Below, piece by piece: positions 35,977 to 45,143 of a DNA stretch of 45,143 nt (its first letter is position 1; every line of letters starts with the position of its first letter). The DNA lies in NCBI RefSeq assembly GCF_006345805.1, contig NW_021829898.1:1-45143 (forward strand), in the 5' to 3' direction. The notes below the pieces were generated by a model. It searched no databases and had not been told where the DNA came from. It was given only the letters and a program-made list of their open reading frames with translations. The translations under genes and the position numbers were made by a program. The DNA comes from Octopus sinensis. Taxonomy: Eukaryota.

Positions 35977-36810
35977 CGAATGGCCAAAGTAGCATTATCT
36001 CCTCCAAAGTGAATAAGCTTAACAATTACTCCATCCAAACCTCGAGCTTTTCCTGTTTATCTCTTTCTTAGTAGACTTTATCACTTGAAAGGTTGGATCA
36101 TTTCTGTGACAATCTCTTTTTGTGGCACTCCATTAATGATTTTATCATCAACAACAAATGGGTTAACAAACAGATCTTTAAAGTGTTCAGTCGACCGATT
36201 CCTGATTAGTTCTGGAACTTTAATAAGGATGTGCCTATCTTTTGACTTCAATAGTATCGCTTTCGAGAGCTTTGGACCAAAAACTTGTCTTATTGTGCTG
36301 TATAATACCTTCAATTCTCTGCAGTTATAAGCTCTCTACATTTCCGCTATTTCAGACCATTAGTCTTGTTTCGAGTTTTATATTGCAGTTTTGACTTTGC
36401 TTCTTTGAAGGCCTTCTCAGAAATGGCCTGCACTGGACCCTCTTCAACAAGGTACTTCTCATACAGACTGTTGTTTTCAATGAGACAGGTGACTGCAGCA
36501 TTATCATCATCAAACCAGTCTCAGTACTTAGTCTTCTTAAAATCGAACATATATTTGTGTCTCCGCGCGCATACGTTTGTGTAGTATATGGGGGTTATGG
36601 CTAGTTTTGATTATTTTCCTCGTTGGTTTGATGCTATTCTTTTCTCTTCTATTGTGACATGCTATGGTTTATGTATTTTGTTTGTTTTGTGGCCTCTTTA
36701 TACTCTTTATTTCTGCAGAGTGTCTTCACGTATCCAATAATTTTTTTCACATTGCCTCTTTTTTCTTTCTCCGTAATGCATGTCTCCTTTTAAATGTTTG
36801 TCTATGTGGT
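35977..36810 (-). mobile_element. RTE-clade LINE fragment (endonuclease-RT linker into the start of RT), degraded
   Basis: DWFDDDNAAVTCLIE..; MKVLYSTIRQVFGPK..ELIRNRSTEHFKDLFVNP..VPQKEI; TGKARGLDGV..GG (GKAPGxDGI motif). Confidence 0.7.
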
Positions 36811-36812
36811 AT

Positions 36813-36901
<89 letters not shown>

Positions 36902-36902
<1 letters not shown>

Positions 36903-37296
36903 GAGTGAGGGAGCAGTGCATGCAACCAAAGTGACACTGGGGTAAAATATACGAAGTCCAGTATACCCATCATGACTACCCGTCTGATAAGGGTGCACTA
37001 GACACATGCATCACAACCATATGTGCGCGACATGGTGATCTTATATCAAGATAAACAGCGCATGAGCTTGCAGGTGGGGCCCAGTTACAATTTTCTTCTG
37101 GTCGTGTAACCCATCTCGCTCAAAAGGTCCCTGATTAAGGATTGTTTAAGAATGTTGAACGAACCACCCTTGTTTCCAAAGGTGAATTATCCAAACCTCT
37201 AAGAATTCCTTTCAACACACGGCTATGATGCTCCCCCACTACTTCTGCTCGTGATCAGAGATGCACATATCGTCAGCCACTAAGGGACATGCTCAA
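36902..37296 (-). mobile_element. Second, truncated copy of the TAA-anchored non-coding element
   Basis: Aligns with 15864-16260; abuts (TTA)n on the left and ends in (GAT)n on the right. Confidence 0.75.
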
Positions 37297-37312
37297 TGGA
37301 TGATGATGATGA

Positions 37313-37355
<43 letters not shown>

Positions 37356-37359
37356 GTGG

Positions 37360-37437
<78 letters not shown>

Positions 37438-37660
37438 GATGATTATGATGATGATGGTTTCAAATTTTTCCACAAGGACAGCAATTTTGGGGAAGGGATG
37501 AGTCGATTACATTGACCCCCACGATGATGATGATGATGATGATGATGACGGCGATGATGATGACTGTGATGATGATGATGAGGAGGAGGAGGAGGAGGGT
37601 GATGTAGAGGAGGAAGAGGACGACGACGTCCACGATACGACAACGACAAGGTGGCCATGA
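37297..37660. repeat. (GAT)n/(GAG)n/(GAC)n trinucleotide arrays with a small SINE A fragment (~37455-37520)
   Basis: Direct reading. Confidence 0.85.
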
Positions 37661-38790
37661 TGATGAAGTGGAAGAACGAAAAAAAATTAAAACTAGAAAG
37701 AAAGAAAGAAACAAACAAACAAACAAACAAACAAACAAACAAACAAACAAACAAACAAAGAAACCAAGTAGATAGTGCTGAATAACATTTAGCAGAGACA
37801 GGGAAAACAGATACTCAAGATGGCGGCGGTTTGTAGAGAGATCTGAAGAACAGTTATTTAAAAACTTACTTGACAAGGATAAACGAACACTCGACGTGAA
37901 TATACGAGATATTTGGAAAGAAAAATAGAGCTATGTGTATGATGAACTTTGTGAACGTGTACCATTATTTATATATGTATATGTGTGTGTCCGTTGGTTG
38001 TTTGAATATGTGTGTATATGCGTGAGTGTGTGTGCGTGTGTGTGTGTATGTGTATGAATTTATACACGCAGCGCACACATGCACACGCACTCACAGATCT
38101 ATCTGCATATATATATATATATATATATATGCATACATACAGAAGTGCATACATACATAAACACACAATATGTTTATATACACACATATATGTATAATTA
38201 TATATTTACGTGTGTCTGTCTGTCTGTATGTATATATATATATGTGTGTGTGTTGTGTGTGTGTGTGTACATACATACAATATATATATACAATTCTATA
38301 TACATTATATATATACATACACACACATATATATACATATATATATATATACATTATATTATACACTTATATGTATATACATATATATACATATATGTGT
38401 GTGTGCGTGTATGTGTGTGTACCTATTTATGTATATATATGTATTCTAGTTATATGCATATGCGCCTACATGTATGTAAATATGTCAGTGTGCGTGTGTG
38501 TACGTGTGTGCATGTGTGCGCATGTATATATGGGTGTGTGTGTGTGCGCGCGTGGGTGGGTGTGTGCGTGGGTGTGTGTGTATCTATTCTGATCAGCTAT
38601 CAGAATAAAGTAGTATTATTCGGTAAGAGGAGTGTATAAGGGGGGGGGGAGACGAAAACTTGAAAATTCAGAAACATCCCAAAAAAATAATAGGACTGAG
38701 TTAGAGGAGAGAGACGCGGGAGAATGAGAGGCAGGCAGACAGAGAGGGAGAGAGAGAGAGACACAGAGAGAGAGAGGTGAGTGAGAGTGG

Positions 38791-38837
<47 letters not shown>

Positions 38838-38930
38838 GTAGTAGATAGATAGATAGATAGATAAATAGATATATAGATAGATAGATAGATATAGATAGCT
38901 AGATAGATATATAGGATAGATAGGTAGATA

Positions 38931-38968
<38 letters not shown>

Positions 38969-39001
38969 ATAGGTAGGTTAGATAGATAGATAAGATAGAT
39001 A

Positions 39002-39033
<32 letters not shown>

Positions 39034-39093
39034 GAGATATAGATAGATAAGATAGATAGATAGGTAGATAGATAGGTAGGTAGATAGATAGAT

Positions 39094-39130
<37 letters not shown>

Positions 39131-40058
39131 TAGATAGATAGGCGCATCTACCTATATATACTTTCGTACATACATACGTACATACATACGTACACAGAAT
39201 CATAGACACATATCTATACATGCGTATAACCTTACATATTTACACTCATGCGTACTTACTGGCGCACATGCCTACAATAATCTATGCAGACATACTTGCA
39301 TACATTCACGTGCAGACATACTTACAAACAAACATGTTTTCAAATACGCGCATAAGTACATTCTAGCATACATAAATACAATAATGCCTACAGACATACA
39401 TGCATACGTTGGTGAATACACACAAACATACATACACAAACATAGATACAAATATATATGTGTGTATATATATATATATATGCACACATGCATACACGCA
39501 AACATACATTCAAACATACTTACATACATACATAAAACAGATAAACATACTTTCATAAAACGAACATACATACAACATTTATTATGGTAACATACATATA
39601 TATACATGTATACAATCATAAATTATACAAACATACATAATACAGATACAGACACAGAACCGAAAAAGTAAAGGAGAATAACGCGCGAGTAAATATTTTA
39701 AAAAAACAGGCAATTACGTTATGAGAAACGCCTGAAGGTGACGTTGTACAAACGAGTTTGAGATATCTGGATACAAGAAACGAAAAGAAATTTATACCTA
39801 TAGCTACATAAAATTACTTGTAATAAAGTACGATGTCCAGTTGTGACAAGCTCACTCAGTTTTTACGCTATATTACACTACCATTACACAGAATCCTTAC
39901 TTTGATGAGACAAAGATGGCGTCTCTACGACGCCGTCCGTTGACCTACAAGAAATTGGAGTCAAATCTCCTCCCACCTAAACAACAAAAACAGCGGCTAG
40001 TTATATGAGACGTGTAATAAAGTATAATGTCCATCTGTGTTAAGCTTAACCTATATAC

Positions 40059-40420
40059 CAGATATGGGCAACCTTTTTCGAGAAACAGGCCGCATTAGAC
40101 ATGACTCGTCATCAGGCGGGCCGCACTACTGAAAAAAAATTCAAGGTAATTTTTCGTTGGGCATGCTATTCAGAAAGTCTCCCGAGCTGCAGTTTACCAT
40201 CGAGGAAATCGACTTTTTCGGTTTCCACATGAAATGGAAAATTAAGGCTGGAGAAGAAATGCCTGTCGCAAAGTGTGCTTCGTAAAAGATGGAAGTCTAT
40301 AGCAAGTATGTTGCGAGTGAAAGAACCTGTTTAAACGAAAATATAAAAAAGAGAAAGCAAAGTCTTCAGTGTGAGTATGTGGTTTTTTGGGTCGACCGCA
40401 TCCTCCGCTTCATGTTTTTG
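40059..40420 (+). mobile_element. hAT-like terminus plus dispersed repeat homologous to 6130-6400
   Basis: Starts CAGATATGGGCAACCTTTTT..GGCCGCA..GGCGGGCCGCA, resembling hAT (CAG-G-GTGGGCAAC) termini; no second TIR or TSD found. Confidence 0.5.
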
Positions 40421-41163
40421 TAAATCACTCATTCTCATTTAATTGTATGTATTTTAATTGTTTGTTTATTCATACGTTTCGTCTCATTCGACACCCTGAC
40501 CCCAATGTTTGCTTTGTCTGTCCCCGTATCGTCCCCTCATTTTCTCAACCTCATGGAAGAAATTGACTGTAAATCACTCATCTCATTTTATTGTACATAT
40601 TTTAATTGTTTGTTTATTCATACGTTTCGTCTCATTCGAACCTTGACCCCAATGTTTGCTTTGTCTGTCCCCTATCGTCCCCTCATTTTCTCAACCTCAT
40701 GGAAGAAATTGACTGTAAATCACTATTCTCATTTAATTGTACATATTTTAATGTTTGTTTATTCATACGTTTCGTCTCATTCGACACCCTGACCCCAATG
40801 TTTGCTTTGTCTGTCCCGTATCGTCCCCTCATTTTCTCACCTCATGGAAGAAATTGACTGTAATCACTCATTCTCATTTAATTGTACATATTTTAATTGT
40901 TTGTTTATTCATACGTTTCGTCTCATTCGACACCCTGACCCCAATGTTTGCTTTGTCTGTCCCCGTATCGTCCCCTCATTTTCTCAACCTCATGGAAGAA
41001 ATTGACTGTAAATCACTCATTCTCATTTAATTGTACATATTTTAATTGTTTGTTTATTCATACGTTTCGTCTCATTCGACACCTTGACCCCAATGTTTGT
41101 TTTGTCTGTCCCCGTATCGTCCCCCCTTTTTCTCAACCTCATGGTTAATAAAGAAATTGACTG
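40420..41163 (+). repeat. ~147-bp tandem repeat, 5 units
   Basis: aattgactg at 40561, 40707, 40852, 41000 and 41155. Confidence 0.95.
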
Positions 41164-41834
41164 TTATATCTATGTGTGTATGTGTATATATATACATGTG
41201 TGTATTTATGTGTTTTTTTTATGACATCGTTAGATCGTTGTCAAGGCATACTACCAACCCCAATTCTTAAAATTGTCCCAAGACAGGTAGTGTGCCATAA
41301 CAACGATCTAACGATGCCATAAAAAAAAAGGTGAGGAATTGATGAAATATTAATGCAGTGAGCCTATTAGAAAGGAAAAGATTGTTATTTTTTGTTTCAT
41401 TTCTATCACGTTACAATTTAGAAATGCTCACTGCATTAAACAAGTTAGCATTAATTAAGGCTGTAGTAGTAGTATAGTAGTAGTAGTAGTAGTAGTAGTA
41501 GTTGTTGTTGTTATTGTTGTTGTTGTTGTTGCTGCTGCTGTTGTCTTCTTCTTCCAATCAGGACTCACACCATTAGCCACAAAGAATAATCTCTAATTCG
41601 AGCCTACTCTAAGCTACTAAGAATGCGTGTGGCAACTTGAAGATCCACTCACTACACGCGATAGACTGGCGGTTGTACGGGTGCGAAAGCTACGTTGTTA
41701 TCCTCATCCTGTAAACGGTGGCTATTTAACGGGTGGAGGGTGAACCATCCTGGGGTACAGAAGATTCGCAATCTAGACTAGGGTCTGAAAGTTTACCACA
41801 CCATAATGGGTTACACCATGGTTCCTCTGCCTTG

Positions 41835-42032
41835 TGGAAGAAGTAGGAAGAAAGAGTGAGAGAAAGTTGTGGTCAAAGAATACAGCGGGGTTTACCACCA
41901 CCCCGCGCCGGAGCCTCATGGAGCTTAGGTGTTTTTGCTCAATAAACATTCACTATGCTCGGTCTGGGATTCGAAACCGCGTTCTTACGACCGCGAGTTC
42001 GCTGCCCTAACCACTGGGCCATTGCGCCTCCA
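41835..42032 (-). mobile_element. SINE family D, 5' part
   Basis: Matches 35780-35976. Confidence 0.8.
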
Positions 42033-42179
42033 CCACTGCTGTTGTTGTTATGGGTTTCTTGTAAAGGCAATATTTATGAATCAATTGGATGTTCTTAGGA
42101 GATCGGATGAATTAAGATGTTTCTGAGTGTAAGCAGGTGTTCTGTCTTAGATGTGTGAGTTACATACCTGCATTAATAA

Positions 42180-42251
<72 letters not shown>

Positions 42252-42410
42252 GTTTCTTTATTGGCCACACAGGGCTGCACACAGATGGGACAAGTTACAA
42301 GGTAGAGCTTTTCTTTTGGGGAATGAAAAAAACAAAAAACAAAAGAAAAAAAAAGGGGGTGGCGTAGGTTTTCGATCAAGAGGGATCGTAAAAGGGAAGA
42401 AAAGAACAAA
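42252..42410 (-). mobile_element. Second copy of the GATA-embedded retroelement tail
   Basis: Aligns with 20365-20520; (GATA)n on both sides. Confidence 0.65.
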
Positions 42411-42460
42411 AAAATAAATAAATAAAATAAAAATTTTTTTTAAATAAAAAGAAGATAGCT

Positions 42461-42519
<59 letters not shown>

Positions 42520-42536
42520 CAGACAGGCAGACAGGC

Positions 42537-42588
<52 letters not shown>

Positions 42589-42844
42589 GGACAGCTACCT
42601 GTATGTGTGTGTGTGAGTGCGCCCACGCTTTTCAATCTTCTAAAATTTCATTCATATATGGATTACGCTTACAACTAATCCGCTGGTTTCAAAAGCTTCC
42701 TCATTGATCGTACCTTATCTCTCCGTTTCAACATCCCTCTCAGCCTGCTAATACTTCATCCCTTGAGTTCCCTTCGGGATTCTGTTTCTGTTAAACAATA
42801 ATTTTTCTGAAGATCAACAACAATTCCATGTGTACATAATTCGA

Positions 42845-42888
<44 letters not shown>

Positions 42889-42890
42889 CT

Positions 42891-42963
<73 letters not shown>

Positions 42964-42979
42964 TGTAACCTCAACATAG

Positions 42980-43185
42980 ATTTCAGAGAGATTCAACGTT
43001 GCACTGAATGTGACAAGGCTGGCCCTTTGAATTACAGGTACAACACATTTTTTGTCAGCTGAGTGGATTGGAGCATCGTGGAGTAAATAAAGTATCTTGC
43101 TCAAGAACGCAACGCGCCACCTAGAATCGAACTCACGGCCTTACGACCGTTATGCAGAATACTCTAACCGCTTAGCCACGCGCCT
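42980..43185 (-). mobile_element. tRNA-derived SINE (family E), 5' part
   Basis: Reverse-complement head aggcgcgtggctaagcggttagag..gtgagttcgattct..gttcttgagcaagatactttattt. Confidence 0.75.
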
Positions 43186-43387
43186 ACAGTATTAACGAAA
43201 GAAGCATAAAAAACAAACAATCAAACAAACAAGAGATAATTGAAAATATAAGGCTTTCTGCGCTGATAGAGATGACAAATCCAAGTTTAAGATTTCAAGG
43301 GATTCTTTAAAACAGTTGCGTTTTTTTTTAAAGTAAAGTATGCGTCTGTGTGTATGCCTATGTGTGTGTGTGTGTGTGTGTGTGTGT

Positions 43388-43800
43388 AGGCGTAGGAGTG
43401 GGGAATGGCTGTGTGGTAAGTAGCTTGCTTACCAACCTCATGGTTCCGGGTTCAGTCCCACTGCGTGGCACCTTGGGCAAGTGTCTTCTAATATAGCCTC
43501 GAGCCGACCAAAGCTTTGTGAGTGGATTTGGTAGGCGGAAACTGAAAAAAGCCTGTCGCATATATGTATTTATATATGCATGTGTCTGTGTTTGTCTCAC
43601 CCCAACATCGCTTGTCAACCGATGCTGGTGTGTTTACGTCCCCGTAACCTAGCGGTTCGGCAAAAGAGCCCGATAGAATAAGTAATAGGCTTACAAAGAA
43701 TAAGTCCTGGGGTCGATTTGCTCGCCTAAAGGTGGTGCTTTAGCATGGCCACAATCAAATTACTGGAACAAGTAGGAGAGTAAAAGAGAGTAAAGAGTAA
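43388..43800 (+). mobile_element. Full-length SINE family B
   Basis: Aligns with 35044-35460. Confidence 0.9.
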
Positions 43801-43802
43801 AT

Positions 43803-44005
43803 GGTTGTTTTCACACTCCAAAGAAGGGAAATTCGACCTTACAAAATCTCTGCGTTCCAACCGATCTGTTCAGTTCAATGAGGATCGATTAAAAAAGCTC
43901 ATCTTTTCCGAAATTGGCCCAATAGATGGGATGCTCTCATGATATTGTTGTCCATCATCTTCATCCGATAGGTAAGGTCTGCCCAACTGGAATGATCTAA
44001 CCGGA
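43803..44005 (+). mobile_element. Degraded mariner transposase N-terminal (second HTH) fragment, different lineage
   Basis: FSHSKEGKFDLTKSLRSNRSVQFNEDRLKKLI..(shift)ELAQ*MGCSHDIVVHHLHPIGKV resembles the mariner FxxFxxGxFDLxDxPRSGRP..HLHxIGKV region. Confidence 0.6.
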
Positions 44006-44007
44006 AG

Positions 44008-44252
44008 AAATACCTATTTCTTTACTACCCACAAGTGGCTAAACACAGAAAGGACAAACGACGACAGACAAACGGATTAAGTCGATTGTATCATCCCCAG
44101 TGCGTAACTGGTACTTATTTAATCGACCCCGAAATAAAAGGATAAAAGGTCAAAGTCGACCTCGGTAGAATTTGAACTCAGAAAGTAGCGGCAGACGAAA
44201 TACCGCTAAACATTTCGTCCGGCGTGCTAACGTTTCTGCCAGCTCGCCGTCT
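44008..44252 (-). mobile_element. SINE family A with fusion-junction tail
   Basis: gaaatacctatttctttactacccacaag..aagtcgacctcggtagaatttgaactcaga..gctcgccgtc. Confidence 0.85.
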
Positions 44253-44254
44253 TC

Positions 44255-45122
44255 TTCAACCGCACGATAAGACATTACGTCGGTTACGACGACAAAGGTT
44301 CCAATTGATCCGATTAATGAAACAGCCTGTTCGTGAAATTACAAGTGCAATCCACAGACACGCGTACTCCTAATGTATTGGGTTGTCCCGAAAGTTCGTG
44401 CTGATTTATAGTAGCTTATATTTCGACTTATTTTAGAACAAGGTTGAGTCCATAAAATAGGATTTGACTACACCTCCATTTAGAGCACAGTTTAAGCTAT
44501 CTTTTCGTGGAAGAAGGTTTATGTTCCTATAATCTGTGTTAATTCTGTAACCCTTTAAAATGGAAGACAAGAAAGTTCATTTTCGGCACTTGATGCTTTG
44601 GGAACCAGACAAAAATTGCTGCAGCTTTGGGAACCAGACAAAAATTGCTCCTTCGGATTTCCACTTATTCAGGTCTCTGCAGAATAGTCGTAAAGGTAAA
44701 AATTTTAGTTTCTTGGATGACGTAAAAAGTTACCGTGACGAATTCTTTGCCATGAAACAACCTCAATTCTGGTAAGAGGGTATTTTCAAGTTAAAGGAAA
44801 GATGGAAACGCATAGTGCAACAAAATGTTTTATATTTGGTTGATTAAAAATGTAATGGCAAGTATTTATTGACATTTTTCTTTCCTTTAAAACTCGGCAC
44901 TAACTTTCCGGACAACCCAATAGTTCTTAGGGAGAGACAGCGTGACACAGAATGTGACAAGGCCGACCCTTTGAAATATAGGTAAAGTCATTTTTGTCAG
45001 CTGAGTGGACTGGAGCAACGTGAAATAAAGTTTCTGATTCAAGAATACAACGCGTCACCTCTGATCGAACTTACGACTTTACGATCGTAAGGTAAATAAC
45101 CTTACCTCAAAGCCAAGCGCCT
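44255..45122 (-). mobile_element. SINE family E split by a mariner insertion
   Basis: 44270-44377 and 44923-44990 join to match 35595-35770 (..aacgTA|gttct..); degraded tRNA head at ~45040-45122. Confidence 0.75.
44378..44920 (+). mobile_element. Internally deleted mariner, same family as 5573-6123
   Basis: TIRs with TA at 44376-44377 and 44921-44922; MEDKKVHFRHLMLWE joined to ..APSDFHLFRSLQNS..FW*EGIFKLKERW. Confidence 0.95.
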
Positions 45123-45143
45123 TCATGTAATAATACAATATGG

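Noticed and set aside
2860-39619. Many ORFs rich in YI, HT, CV, poly-N, poly-I and poly-L
   Set aside because: Translations of (AT)n, (CA)n, (TAA)n, (TATG)n and (GATA)n microsatellites
39917-40009. Short ORF MASLRRRPLTYKKLESNLL.. as a possible piggyBac N-terminus
   Set aside because: Only 30 codons, with no TTAA/TIR or catalytic domain nearby
40460-40500. Hammerhead candidate in the 147-bp unit (GTC-gaatga-GAC-GAAACGTA on the minus strand)
   Set aside because: No CUGANGA-like core upstream of the putative stem II
41460-41552. Graded trinucleotide series GTA>GTT>GCT>CTT
   Set aside because: Ordinary compound microsatellite evolution; no open flanking exon

Overview
AT-rich, microsatellite-saturated eukaryotic DNA. 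The repertoire of tRNA-derived SINEs and (AT)n/(GT)n/(TAA)n/(GATA)n/(TATG)n tracts most resembles an octopus (coleoid cephalopod) genome; this is recognition from sequence style, not a database hit. I find no intact host protein-coding gene, and most ORFs in the supplied track are microsatellite or antisense artefacts. The window is a layered transposon landscape. (1) A Helitron RepHel 5' remnant (23.9-28.4 kb) whose N-terminus is a ~3.9 kb in-frame array of about 56-57 near-identical 69-bp/23-aa units, plus a complete 390-bp non-autonomous Helitron. (2) Penelope-like remnants, one with a GIY-YIG fragment between 156-bp inverted repeats. (3) Six sites carrying minimal hammerhead-ribozyme-like motifs, most with a different core substitution, including a palindrome built from two inverted hammerhead-like arms. 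(4) Three divergent R4/Dong-like RLE LINE tails, each ending in a TAA microsatellite, plus non-coding elements that sit in TAA or GATA tracts. (5) Three internally deleted mariners nested into older repeats, and Tigger, hAT and RTE fragments. (6) SINE concatemers sharing one fusion junction. (7) A 147-bp satellite caught amplifying from a dispersed repeat, and a ~349-bp tandem repeat. One short non-repeat segment (9.67-10.13 kb) shows codon-level conservation between two copies and a methyltransferase-like motif.
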